A stretch of 64,000 nucleotides of DNA, taken from assembly GCA_023396065.1 (NCBI GenBank), contig JAEWXF010000025.1, positions 1,201 to 65,200 on the forward strand. The letters run 5' to 3'. A program made the translations under genes and the position numbers. Under the pieces are notes generated by a model that was given only the letters and a program-made list of their open reading frames with translations, made no database searches and was not told the origin of the DNA. Position 1 is the stretch's first letter, and the number at the start of each line of letters is the position of its first letter. Origin of the DNA: Methanobacteriota archaeon. GTDB taxonomy: Archaea; Halobacteriota; Methanomicrobia; Methanomicrobiales; Methanocorpusculaceae. Positions 29,159-38,907 of the stretch are shown here, in pieces.

Positions 29159-29953
29159 ATGGGACTGCGGCCAAAAATTCTTCTCACAAATGATGATGGT
29201 GTAAATTCGGGCGGACTCTGGGCAGCATATGAGGCTCTGTCTGCGTTTGCGGATGTGACGGTTGTGGCGCCTGCGGTACAGCAGAGTGCGGTCGGCCGGT
29301 CGATTTCAATTTTTGAGCCGCTGCGGATGAATGAGGTTGTGGTAAACGGATACCGGGCCTGGGCGGTGGAGGGAAGGCCGACCGATTCGCTGCTGCTTGG
29401 CCTGTATGCATTGAAGATCGAGCCGGATCTGGTGGTCAGCGGGATCAATCTCGGAGAGAATATTTCATTTGAGTCGATTACGACGTCGGGGACGGTTGGA
29501 GCTGCGATGGAGGCGGCAAATCAGGGAGTGCCGTCCCTGGCATTTTCTCTGCAGATGAGCTGTCAGGGCGATAAGTTTACGGATCCCCGCTGTCACAAGG
29601 GGGATTTTACTCAGGCAAAACATGTGGTGACTGAGATTGTCCGCCTGGTCCTGCGCTGCGGTCTGCCGAAAGGGAGTCATCTGCTGAATATCAACATTCC
29701 TTCGGCTCCCATGCGGGGGTATGAGGTTACGATTCTGGGAGAGCGGCTGTTTGATACCAGTGTGGAAACGAGGATTGATCCCCGGGGGAAACCGTATTAC
29801 TGGATTAACGGTGATCTGGTCTATGTTCCGGAGGAGCATTCGGATGTGACGGCTCTGCGGAACAATATGGTGTCAATAACACCGCTTACTCTGGACAATA
29901 CGGCTCACCGGTCCTGTGCGGAGCTGAAGGGTATGGTTGCGTCTCTGAGATGA
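29159..29953 (+). CDS. surE: 5'/3'-nucleotidase SurE
   Basis: ILLTNDDG, QSAVG, GRPTD, VVSGINLGEN, SGTVGAA, LNINIP, DPRGKPYYW; start ATG 29159. Confidence 0.95.
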   Translation: MGLRPKILLTNDDGVNSGGLWAAYEALSAFADVTVVAPAVQQSAVGRSISIFEPLRMNEVVVNGYRAWAVEGRPTDSLLLGLYALKIEPDLVVSGINLGENISFESITTSGTVGAAMEAANQGVPSLAFSLQMSCQGDKFTDPRCHKGDFTQAKHVVTEIVRLVLRCGLPKGSHLLNINIPSAPMRGYEVTILGERLFDTSVETRIDPRGKPYYWINGDLVYVPEEHSDVTALRNNMVSITPLTLDNTAHRSCAELKGMVASLR

Positions 29954-30055
29954 GGCCGGACAGAATGGTTCGGGAAATTTTTGTTCGATGCGGCTTTTGG
30001 GACTGATGGGACATAAACGAAATCATTTCTTGGTAATACAACCAATAGGACATCA

Positions 30056-30784
30056 ATGCATCCAACCAGCTCCCCCCAAAAATCCGGTCTGCTGCCCGCG
30101 GCCTGTATCTATGCCTGGGAACTGGCACTGGCATCCGAACGGCCCGATGGATTTCAGACGCCGTTTGGCACATTTTCCCCGAACATCTACCTCACCGGGA
30201 CTCTGACCGAAAAAACCGTCAGAAACCAGAAAATATCTGCCCTCCGGGTAAGTGATCCGACCGGCGTATTTCCGGTAAGCATGAACTGGCAGAATACATC
30301 CCTCATGCACCAGGCAGAAACTCTGGACATCCCGTCATTTATCGCAGTATTTGGAACCGTCAGATTCCGCCGGTCTGCAGGGACCATCCTCACCGAAATA
30401 CAGCCGGAACTCATCAGAACGGCCGACAGAACCACACGGGACCAGTGGCTCCGCAGCGCCGCTGAATCAGCACTCCTGCGACTCGAACAGCTGCCCTCCT
30501 CCCCGAAACGACATGAATTTGCCGGACTCATCCTCCATGCCCTGGAAAATATCAAAGAACATCAGCCGCCCCGGAGTCCGGAAACAGCTCCGGCTCTCTC
30601 CGATGAACAACTGCTCAACATCATCACCGAGCTCTCCGGCAAAAAAGGAGCCATGATCGCAGATGTCATCTCCCGGGCTGTAACCCTCGGAATGACCGAA
30701 ACCACTGCGAAAGCAGCCCTCGCACGCCTCATGGAGGAGGGCGAGTGCTATACACCCACCACAGAACTCATCAAAGTTGCCTGA
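30056..30784 (+). CDS. RPA32-like OB-fold protein with C-terminal winged helix
   Basis: IYLTGTLTE...RVSDPTGVF...FIAVFG...IQPE...RDQW; C-terminal LMEEGECYTP winged-helix motif. Confidence 0.7.
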   Translation: MHPTSSPQKSGLLPAACIYAWELALASERPDGFQTPFGTFSPNIYLTGTLTEKTVRNQKISALRVSDPTGVFPVSMNWQNTSLMHQAETLDIPSFIAVFGTVRFRRSAGTILTEIQPELIRTADRTTRDQWLRSAAESALLRLEQLPSSPKRHEFAGLILHALENIKEHQPPRSPETAPALSDEQLLNIITELSGKKGAMIADVISRAVTLGMTETTAKAALARLMEEGECYTPTTELIKVA

Positions 30785-30786
30785 TT

Positions 30787-31545
30787 ATGCATCCGGAATT
30801 TTATGAAAACGGACCTGCCATCCTCATCGAACGTTCCGTACGGACCCTTGTCATTGCTGATCCCCACTTCGGGGTAGAAGCAGATCTTCACCGGCATGGT
30901 ATCCATTTTCCCAGTGCCACTGCATCCCGGCTTTCCCGACTCCTTTCCATCATCGATGAAAGCGATCCGGACTATCTGGTGGTACTGGGTGATCTCAAAC
31001 ACATGATCCCTTATGTTACCTACCAGGAAAAGCAGGAAGTCCCCGGCGTTCTCAAACAGATCCGTGAACGAACCGAGTTCCGGCTTGCTCCCGGGAATCA
31101 TGATACCGGTCTTGAACCATATCTCAAGCCGGAAGAACTTCTTCCGATGAACGGCGCAGTTATCGACGGCTGCGGATATATGCACGGTCATACCGTTCCT
31201 GCCCCGGATCTGGCAGGCTGTCTTATCCTCTGTGGTCATCATCACCCGGTTGTCAATATCTATGATGACGTCGGCTGTGCCCTCCGGGGAACACCCGGGT
31301 ATCTGCTCGCAGAAGTTGATCCTGCTCCTCTCAGCCTCCCCAAGACCGCTGATCCCACCCGGATTCTCCTGGTCCCTGCATTCTATGAGCTTGCCGGCGG
31401 TATGGACGTCCGGCTGATTCCGGGAAACAAAATATCCCCGGTTGCCCGGGCCATCCGAACCGATACTGCTGAGGTGTTTCTCAAAGACGGGACATACGTG
31501 GATACCTGGGAAGATCTCCTGCCTGATCCGGGTGAGAGAGTATGA
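30787..31545 (+). CDS. Calcineurin-like metallophosphoesterase (SbcD-related, Lhr-associated)
   Basis: ADPHFG, LGDLKH, PGNHD, HGH, GHHHP, VPAF. Confidence 0.88.
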   Translation: MHPEFYENGPAILIERSVRTLVIADPHFGVEADLHRHGIHFPSATASRLSRLLSIIDESDPDYLVVLGDLKHMIPYVTYQEKQEVPGVLKQIRERTEFRLAPGNHDTGLEPYLKPEELLPMNGAVIDGCGYMHGHTVPAPDLAGCLILCGHHHPVVNIYDDVGCALRGTPGYLLAEVDPAPLSLPKTADPTRILLVPAFYELAGGMDVRLIPGNKISPVARAIRTDTAEVFLKDGTYVDTWEDLLPDPGERV

Positions 31546-34256
31546 ATACCGCCGACATCGCTGCGGTTCGGGAAACACTTCATCCGAAACTTCAGGCGGC
31601 TCTGGATACACGCGGATTTGATGAGTTCTCTGAAATTCAGATACGGGCTGTTCCCGAACTTATCCGGGGGACAAATGCCGTCCTTATTGCGCCCACCGGG
31701 ACGGGTAAAACCGAAAGCGCGCTTTTGCCAATCTTTCATCAGCTGCTGACCAGACCCCATCCTCCCGGCTTTTCCGCCCTCTATATCACACCGCTCCGTT
31801 CCCTCAACCGGGATATGATGAACCGGCTGGAATGGTGGGGTCATGAGCTTGGGCTGAAGATTTCCGTCCGCCACGGTGATACCACGCAGGGAGACCGCCG
31901 CAAACAGGCGGTCCATCCGCCTGACCTCCTGATTACCACTCCGGAAAGTCTGCAGGCCATGATGATGGGAAAAGTTCTCAGAAAGCATCTCGCGGGCGTT
32001 CGGTATGTGGTCATTGATGAGATTCACGAGCTTGCCGGCGGGAAGCGCGGCAGTCAGCTTTCTGTAGGACTGGAACGGATCGCAGAACTTTCCGGTGAGT
32101 TTCAGAGAATCGGTATTTCCGCAACCGTTGGAAATCCTGAGACGATCGGGCAGTTTCTCTGCGGCAAACGTCCCTACACGATCGTTCAGGTGCCGGTTGC
32201 AAAAACCCTGGACCTCACCGTCCGGTTCGCCGGGGAATCCTTTGGGGATCAGACGAAACTCATTGAAAAGTGCATAGACTCCCACACGTCCACTCTGGTT
32301 TTTACGAACACCCGCAGTGTCGCAGAGGCGATTGGCCACGCACTCCGCAGCCGGGGTGATATTGATGTTCACCATGGTTCTCTTTCCCGGGAGGTCAGGG
32401 TGGATGCGGAGGACCGGTTCCGTGAAGGGCTGACCCGCGGTATGATCTGTACCAGTTCTATGGAACTTGGCATTGACATCGGCCATGTGGATCATGTGAT
32501 ACAGTTTAACTCTCCGCGTGAAGTGGCGCGGCTGATCCAGAGAACCGGCAGGGCAGGCCATCAGCTGCATGCGACGTCCCGGGGAACGATTCTTGCGACC
32601 GGTTTTGACGACTGCATCGAGTCCATGGTCATCGTCCGCAAAGCCATGGCCAACGAGCCGGAGAAGGTCCGGCCCCATATCAATGCAGCAGACGTCATAG
32701 CAAATCAGATCGCCGCACTTGCGGTAGAGCGGGGCGAAATTCCGATCACGAAAATTGAAGAAATCTTCTCCCGGAGTTACTGTTTTGCCGATGCGGGGCC
32801 GTTGATTCGGGATGTGATTGCCCAGATGGAGAAGCATTATCTGGTCCGGACTGAGGGGGATATGCTGATTACCAAGGCCCGGGCACGGAAGTATCTTTCT
32901 CTGAATTTATCTATGATTTCTGACGAGAAGAAGAGTTTTGTCTTCGATGTGGTTTCCCGAAAGCCGGTCGGTACGCTGGATGAATCGTTTGTTATCAGCT
33001 GGATATCTTCAGGCGCGGTTTTTGTGGCACGTGGTCAGATGTGGCGCGTCTTAGACATTGATGAGGACCGGATTATGGTTGAGCCGGCAAAGAATGCGAA
33101 GGGCGAGCTACCGTCATGGGAGGGGGAACAGATTCCGGTGCCGTTTACGGTTGCGATGGAGGCAGGACAGCTGCGGCGGGAACGAAATTTTTCCGCATAC
33201 CGGGCTGATTCGCGTTCGGTTGCATTCTCTGAGAAAATCCTTGCTGAGATGCAGAAGAATCGTTCGGTTGTTGCAACTGATCGTGTGATCGTGCTGGAGG
33301 ATGCGGATGAAGGAGTCGTCGTCAACCTTTGCGGCGGTCACAAAGTGAATGAGGCTCTCGGCCGGGTACTTTCGATTCTCCTGTCGGCACGGTACGGGAC
33401 CTCGGTTGGCATTGAGACAAATGCGTACCGGATTCTGCTGCGGCTGCCGAAGTTCCTGCGCGCGCCTGACGTCGAAGAGGTCCTTCTCTCCCTGGAACCG
33501 GATCATGTGGAGGCGATTTTAACCCTCGCTCTCAAAAAAACGGCTCTGTATAAGTGGAAGCTGGTGCAGGTCGCAAAGAAGTTCGGGGCAATTGATGCGG
33601 ATGCGGATTATGAGAAGATCAGCATACATCGTCTGATGGATCTTTTTGACGGGACCGTGGTGGAGAGGGAGGCATTTCGTGAGCTGTTTTTTTCGAATAT
33701 GGATGTTGCCGGTGCCCGGGAGGTTCTGGAACGGCTGAGAGATCACAAAATGGAGACTACAACCAGCCGGCTGAGTATTATCGGAGCTGAGGGTCTCTTC
33801 ACCGGGCGGGATGTGATTGTGCCGCCGGGCGAGGATCAGGCGATTCTTGCCAGTGTGAAGCATCGGATTGCTGAGCAGGATATCATTCTTGCCTGTATGC
33901 ACTGTAAAAAATGGAAAAGCCGGACAAAGGTGGGTCGTGTGCCGGATCAGCCGCAGTGTCCGGTCTGCGGGGCACGGCTGATTGCGGCGCTGAAACCCTA
34001 TGATGAACCGATGTATGCGGCACTGAATAAGGCAAAGAAAACCACTGAGGAAAAAGATGCGGCGGCACGGATGCTGCGCAACGCCAATATGGTGCTTTCC
34101 AGCGGAAAGCGTGCCGTTATCGCTCTTGCCGGCCGCGGTGTGGGGCCGGAGGCTGCGGCGCGGATTCTGAATACTTTTGCTCAGGGAGATACCTTTTACC
34201 GGGAAATTCTCAAAGAGGAACGGAAGTTTGTCCAGACTCACCGGTTCTGGAAATAA
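31542..34256 (+). CDS. lhr: Lhr-family SF2 helicase with C-terminal Zn-finger
   Basis: APTGTGKT, ITTPESL, IDEIHE, ISAT, HHGSLS, ELGIDIG, QRTGRAGH, GTLDE; CMHC...CPVC at the C-terminus. Confidence 0.9.
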   Translation: MNTADIAAVRETLHPKLQAALDTRGFDEFSEIQIRAVPELIRGTNAVLIAPTGTGKTESALLPIFHQLLTRPHPPGFSALYITPLRSLNRDMMNRLEWWGHELGLKISVRHGDTTQGDRRKQAVHPPDLLITTPESLQAMMMGKVLRKHLAGVRYVVIDEIHELAGGKRGSQLSVGLERIAELSGEFQRIGISATVGNPETIGQFLCGKRPYTIVQVPVAKTLDLTVRFAGESFGDQTKLIEKCIDSHTSTLVFTNTRSVAEAIGHALRSRGDIDVHHGSLSREVRVDAEDRFREGLTRGMICTSSMELGIDIGHVDHVIQFNSPREVARLIQRTGRAGHQLHATSRGTILATGFDDCIESMVIVRKAMANEPEKVRPHINAADVIANQIAALAVERGEIPITKIEEIFSRSYCFADAGPLIRDVIAQMEKHYLVRTEGDMLITKARARKYLSLNLSMISDEKKSFVFDVVSRKPVGTLDESFVISWISSGAVFVARGQMWRVLDIDEDRIMVEPAKNAKGELPSWEGEQIPVPFTVAMEAGQLRRERNFSAYRADSRSVAFSEKILAEMQKNRSVVATDRVIVLEDADEGVVVNLCGGHKVNEALGRVLSILLSARYGTSVGIETNAYRILLRLPKFLRAPDVEEVLLSLEPDHVEAILTLALKKTALYKWKLVQVAKKFGAIDADADYEKISIHRLMDLFDGTVVEREAFRELFFSNMDVAGAREVLERLRDHKMETTTSRLSIIGAEGLFTGRDVIVPPGEDQAILASVKHRIAEQDIILACMHCKKWKSRTKVGRVPDQPQCPVCGARLIAALKPYDEPMYAALNKAKKTTEEKDAAARMLRNANMVLSSGKRAVIALAGRGVGPEAAARILNTFAQGDTFYREILKEERKFVQTHRFWK

Positions 34257-34298
34257 CTCCGGACGCTTTCGTGAAAAAACCGCGAATAGCACAAATAG

Positions 34299-34536
34299 CG
34301 CGAATAAAAAATCGCCAAAGGCGATTTTTGTCACCCGGAATTTGTCAGTTGGTCAAAACGGACGGGACGAGCGGGATAGGAGATCATGAAAACAAGCCAG
34401 ATGCTGCTGTATCTCACTCTATCTGACAATCCCAAGTCAAAGACTTGGACGGCACACAAGCCCAAAGGACTTGCACGCAAATCCCGATTCGAAAGAACGG
34501 TGATAAAAATCGCCTTTGGCGATTTTTTTATTCGCG
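34299..34536. repeat. Long inverted repeat whose arms are themselves palindromic (REPIN/MITE-like)
   Basis: Left arm 34299-34335 CGCGAATAAAAAATCGCCAAAGGCGATTTTTGTCACC; right arm 34499-34536 is its near-perfect reverse complement (one substitution, one extra base in the A/T run). Confidence 0.85.
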
Positions 34537-34618
34537 GTTTTCACACGAAGACGTCTGCAGGGACAGCCACTCCGCACCCACCCCGGCATCGTGGAAATTA
34601 TTCAAAAAAAGGTATTTC

Positions 34619-35185
34619 TTATTTCTGTTCTTTCAGAATACTTTCAAGCCGTGCTTCCAGGAAGTCCAGACCCTTGCGGACATCATCCAGATTCTTGCCA
34701 CCGGTCAGAATGATTTTTCCTGAGGAGAAGAGCAGGGCCACAATCTTGGGATCCTTAATGCGGTAGACCAGGCCCGGGAACTGTTCCGGCTCGTACTCGA
34801 TAGCCTCAAGCGACAGGGTTGCCACCACACGGTTCAGATTGATGAACTTCCCGATATCATATGAACAGACGATATTGGTCACCGCAACTTTTGGTACATC
34901 CAGGGTCTTGACACCGGCTTCTTTGAGTGAGGCAAGAATAATCGTCAGTCCCTCCTGCAGGGCAGACTCATTTCTGATACCGGTCAGTACGACTTTTCCT
35001 GACGAAAAGATCAGTGACGCCATTCTCGGCGCATCAATACGATATACCGCTCCGGGGAATCGCTTGGTATTCAGCTCGCACCCGTCAATTTTCTCTGCGA
35101 TCTCTGCCAGATTGATCTCATCTGCAATAACGCCGGATGCAACGATATTTTCGATCTTCAGTGTATCGTATGTTTTCCCATCCAT
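34619..35185 (-). CDS. tbp: TATA-box-binding protein
   Basis: IENIVAS...FPGAVYR...LIFSSGKVVLTG repeated as VTNIVCS...YEPEQFPGLVYR...LFSSGKIILTG. Confidence 0.97.
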   Translation of the reverse strand: MDGKTYDTLKIENIVASGVIADEINLAEIAEKIDGCELNTKRFPGAVYRIDAPRMASLIFSSGKVVLTGIRNESALQEGLTIILASLKEAGVKTLDVPKVAVTNIVCSYDIGKFINLNRVVATLSLEAIEYEPEQFPGLVYRIKDPKIVALLFSSGKIILTGGKNLDDVRKGLDFLEARLESILKEQK

Positions 35186-35298
35186 CTCTATCTAATAGAG
35201 CAGATGCAAGCATAATACTTCGTGTCCGAGGGTGCATCCCCCGGGGTTCGGGCACGTGTTAATATCTGGGGAAATCCCATAACTATACGGCAATTATC

Positions 35299-37005
35299 AT
35301 GACCGAAACGCAGGAACATCCTCCAATCGGAGGCAATATTGGGAATTATGAGGAGACGTACAAATCGTTTTCGATACAGGTCCCAAAATACTACAACTTC
35401 GCGTTTGATGTGATCGATGCCTGGGCAAAAAAAGATCGCAACCACTTAGCGATGATCTGGGTTAACCAGCAGGGTGCTGAGAAGAAGTTCACCTTCTGGG
35501 ATATGATGATTCACTCAAATGAGGCCGCAAATATTCTGATGAAGTTCGGAATCCAGAAAGGGGACCGGATTCTTCTGATGCTGCCGCGTGTTCCCGAATG
35601 GTGGATCCTTGTTCTCGGCATTATGAAGCTTGGTGCCGTATTCTGTCCTTCACCTCACATGCTGACAGTAAAAGACATTGCCTACCGCATGAAGGTCGGC
35701 GGCTTTAAAATGGTTATTACCGACAGCGAGAATATGAAAAAGGTGGATGAGGTTGCGTCGGACTGTCCGAATCTCCAGCTTCGGATGATCGTCGACGATG
35801 TTCCCGGAGAACGTCTGCAGACGCCGTGGATCGGATATCGGAATGAGCTGCTGTATCCGGCACCGGTTACAACCAAACTGGTCAGCAGTGTGGGCCGCAG
35901 AGTTCTTGCCACCGATCCGATGCTGATCTATTTCACCTCCGGAACTACAAAGGATCCGAAGATGGTACTGCATGACTATGGTCATCCGCTGGGTCAGACG
36001 GTAACGGCTAAGTTCTGGCATGATTTAACGGAGTTTGATGTCCACTTTACGGTCTCAGATACTGGATGGGCAAAATGCGGCTGGGGGAAGATCTACGGTC
36101 AGTGGATCTGCGGCGCCTGTATCTTTGTCTATGATTACCGTACGAAGTTCCATGCGACCGAGCTTTTGCCGCTGATCGAGAAGTACGGTATTACGTCGTT
36201 CTGCGCGCCCCCGACGATCTACCGGATGCTGATTATCGCAGATCTGAAGAAGTTCTCTTTCAGCGAGCTGCGGACCTGTACCAGTGCCGGTGAACCGCTG
36301 AACCCGGAGGTTATCCGGATCTGGAAAGAAGGAACCGGTCTTACGATTCGTGAAGGATACGGTCAGACCGAGACCTGCTGCTGTATCGCAACCATGCCGG
36401 GAATGGAGGTCAAGCAGGGATCAATGGGACGACCGGTACCCGGCTGGCATATTCAGCTGCATGACGATGAGGGCCGTGAGGTTCCCCAGGGAGAGACCGG
36501 TCGGATCGCCGTTTCGCTGAATCCGAGACCGGCAGGTCTGGTTCGTGAGTATCTGAACAATCCTGAGGAAAACGCGGCTATGTTCGTCAACGGCTGGTAT
36601 TATACCGGTGACAAGGCGTACATGGATGAGGACGGGTATTTCTGGTTCGTCGGAAGAAATGATGATGTGATCAAGAGTTCCGGGTACCGGATCAGTCCGT
36701 TCGAGGTTGAGTCTACCCTGCTTGAGTACCCTGCGGTAAAAGAGAGTGCCGTGGTCGGGTCCCCGGATTCCATCCGTGGTATGGTGATTAAGGCGTTCGT
36801 TGTGCTCCACGACGGGTATCAGCCGTCCGAAAAACTGGTGAAGGATATTCAGGATTATGTGAAGCGGACCACCGCTCCCTACAAATATCCGCGGCTGATT
36901 GAGTTCGTTCCGGAGCTTCCGAAGACGATCTCCGGTAAGATCAAGCGTGCCGAGCTGCGGAATCAGGAGATGCAGAAGTTTGCCGAAGAAAACGGAGATG
37001 CATAA
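35299..37005 (+). CDS. AMP-forming acyl-CoA synthetase (medium-chain ACSM/AAE-like)
   Basis: YFTSGTTKDPK, SDTGWAK, SAGEPL, EGYGQTET, YYTGD, GRNDDVIKSSGYRI, LPKTISGKI. Confidence 0.92.
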   Translation: MTETQEHPPIGGNIGNYEETYKSFSIQVPKYYNFAFDVIDAWAKKDRNHLAMIWVNQQGAEKKFTFWDMMIHSNEAANILMKFGIQKGDRILLMLPRVPEWWILVLGIMKLGAVFCPSPHMLTVKDIAYRMKVGGFKMVITDSENMKKVDEVASDCPNLQLRMIVDDVPGERLQTPWIGYRNELLYPAPVTTKLVSSVGRRVLATDPMLIYFTSGTTKDPKMVLHDYGHPLGQTVTAKFWHDLTEFDVHFTVSDTGWAKCGWGKIYGQWICGACIFVYDYRTKFHATELLPLIEKYGITSFCAPPTIYRMLIIADLKKFSFSELRTCTSAGEPLNPEVIRIWKEGTGLTIREGYGQTETCCCIATMPGMEVKQGSMGRPVPGWHIQLHDDEGREVPQGETGRIAVSLNPRPAGLVREYLNNPEENAAMFVNGWYYTGDKAYMDEDGYFWFVGRNDDVIKSSGYRISPFEVESTLLEYPAVKESAVVGSPDSIRGMVIKAFVVLHDGYQPSEKLVKDIQDYVKRTTAPYKYPRLIEFVPELPKTISGKIKRAELRNQEMQKFAEENGDA

Positions 37006-37008
37006 TCC

Positions 37009-37029
37009 TTTTTTTCGGCTTACGCCGAA
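37009..37029 (+). terminator. Oligo-T tract plus short hairpin after the acyl-CoA synthetase gene
   Basis: T7 at 37009-37015 overlapping TTCGGC-TTAC-GCCGAA. Confidence 0.5.
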
Positions 37030-37112
37030 TCTCTGAAACCTCTACGTTTATTTACCAGGACCGCAAATATGATAGAGCACAAGAGTAATTCCGGTTTCCG
37101 GGAGTTCATTGC

Positions 37113-37197
37113 GCGAAGGTAGCCAAGCCAGGTCAACGGCGCCAGATTCAGGGTCTGGTCTCATAGGAGTTCTGGGGTTCGAATCCCTTCCTTCGCA
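37113..37197 (+). tRNA. tRNA-Leu(CAG)
   Basis: GCGAAGG...CCTTCGCA acceptor stem, anticodon arm CCAGA-TTCAGGG-TCTGG, long variable arm, GGTTCGAATCC. Confidence 0.95.
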
Positions 37198-37221
37198 CTT
37201 CTTTTCAGCACAGTTATACAT

Positions 37222-38064
37222 TTGAAACGCGATAAACTGTGTATGGTTCGTGCAGGATACATGTGTGTGTGTCTGTTTTTCCTTATCAGTTGTATTGCCG
37301 CTGCCGGATGTCTTGGTTCCGGGAACTCTGCTGACGATCTTCTGACGGCTGATATGCAGAAAACCTTACAGGTTCTGTCCGGGAAAATCGGGGCTGAACT
37401 GGAAACGACCGCCCGGGATCTGATCAACGTTGCAGACAACCTCTCCCCGGTGAGCGTCAGTCTGGATTCGGCGGAAGCAAAAACAGAGCTGGAAACCTAT
37501 TATCAGGAACATCCGTGGGCAATCGATATTCTGGCGGTCAATGACAGGCTGATGGTGGTAAACGCCGCGCCGGTATCGCGGGAGACTGCCATCGGTTCTG
37601 ATATGTCCGAGTATACACAGGATCGCGCGTCTCTCAGGGCAGGAAATCTGTATCTGGCTGCTGTCTTTGAGCTGGAAGAAGGGAGTCTGGGTTCTGCCCT
37701 TAGTTATCCCATCCCTGCAGAAAACGGATATGTCTATGAGGATTCGCTCGGCGGCGCAAAAGGCTATGTTGCAACGGCCTTTCTCCCGGCGAAACTGATT
37801 AACGATGCCGCTTCTGACGTTCTTGCCGGAAGCCCGTACATTATCCGGGTTGTTCAGCCTGACGGGACGCTGATCTATGACCGGGACGCCTACCAGCTGC
37901 ACAAAAACGTTACCGGGGACCTGCCGCCCGAGGTGTTTATGAAAGAGTCCGGAACTCTGAAAAATACCGTCCGGATCAATGAGACCGAAAAAACCGGAAT
38001 TGTGGTATGGGATACCCTGTCTATCGGCGAAACAGCGTGGCGGATTGTCGTGCTCAATTTCTGA
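37222..38064 (+). CDS. Lipoprotein with Cache/PDC-like extracellular sensor domain
   Basis: Lipobox AAAGC; SYPI...GYVATAF...VVQPDGTLIYD...WRIVV Cache-like pattern; start uncertain. Confidence 0.6.
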   Translation: MKRDKLCMVRAGYMCVCLFFLISCIAAAGCLGSGNSADDLLTADMQKTLQVLSGKIGAELETTARDLINVADNLSPVSVSLDSAEAKTELETYYQEHPWAIDILAVNDRLMVVNAAPVSRETAIGSDMSEYTQDRASLRAGNLYLAAVFELEEGSLGSALSYPIPAENGYVYEDSLGGAKGYVATAFLPAKLINDAASDVLAGSPYIIRVVQPDGTLIYDRDAYQLHKNVTGDLPPEVFMKESGTLKNTVRINETEKTGIVVWDTLSIGETAWRIVVLNF

Positions 38065-38148
38065 GGAACATACTCCTCACCACATAAAACAAAGAGAGAG
38101 ATACATCCCGGTCTTGCCCGAATGGATCTCTCCGTTTTTCAGGAGTGG

Positions 38149-38907
38149 CTAACGCTGCTGAGCCCAGGCCCCTTCCGAGCCGTCGCGATACAGACTCACC
38201 ACTTCCCCGATCACAATAATTGCGGGAGGCTTTACTCCCACCCGGGCAGCTGTATCCCCGATCGTTGCGAGCGTCGCACAGGTCACCCGCTGATCTTTCC
38301 GGAACCCGCGCTCAATCACCGCAATCTTCGTCTCCGACGGCTTTCCGTTTTCGATCAGCAGCTCTGCAATAACCGGGAGATTTTTTACGCCCATAAAAAT
38401 GACAATCGTCCCGGGGCTTCCGGCAAGCCACTTCCAGTCAATGGAGGAAACCTCTTTCTCCGGGTCCTCGTGTCCGGTCACAAACGTTACCTGACTTGCC
38501 CAGGATCGGTGTGTTACCGGAATACCCACACACTCAGGCACCGCAATTCCGCTGGTTACCCCGGGCACCACTTCAACCGCAATGCCATGAGCCCGCAGTG
38601 TCTCCATCTCTTCTCCGCCGCGGCCGAACAGAAACGGATCCCCGCCTTTGAGCCGGACGATGCTCCCTCCGGCCTTGGCTTTTTCCACCAGCAGCGCTTC
38701 AATTTCATCCTGCCGCATGGTGTGATGCCCGCCGTACTTTCCGACATCAATCTTCTCTGCGTGATCCGGCAGTGTTGCCAGGACCTCATCTCCCGGAAGC
38801 TGATCATACAGAATAACGTCTGCTGCATCAATTACTTCCCGGGCTTTTGCCGTCATAAGTCCGAGACCTCCCGGACCCGACCCTACCAGAAACACTTTAC
38901 CTGTCAT
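38149..38907 (-). CDS. cobA: Uroporphyrinogen-III C-methyltransferase
   Basis: VFLVGSGPG, VRLKGGDPFLFGRGGEE, VPGVTS, GIPVTHR, VTGHE. Confidence 0.95.
   Translation of the reverse strand: MTGKVFLVGSGPGGLGLMTAKAREVIDAADVILYDQLPGDEVLATLPDHAEKIDVGKYGGHHTMRQDEIEALLVEKAKAGGSIVRLKGGDPFLFGRGGEEMETLRAHGIAVEVVPGVTSGIAVPECVGIPVTHRSWASQVTFVTGHEDPEKEVSSIDWKWLAGSPGTIVIFMGVKNLPVIAELLIENGKPSETKIAVIERGFRKDQRVTCATLATIGDTAARVGVKPPAIIVIGEVVSLYRDGSEGAWAQQR

Noticed and set aside
34386..34766. 126-aa ORF inside the inverted-repeat element
   Set aside because: It translates the repeat arm and overlaps tbp antisense; no protein-like features
37113..38064. tRNA-Leu or tRNA-Gly as an integration site of a provirus or island
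   Set aside because: No integrase and no duplicated tRNA 3' end (att) seen in the window
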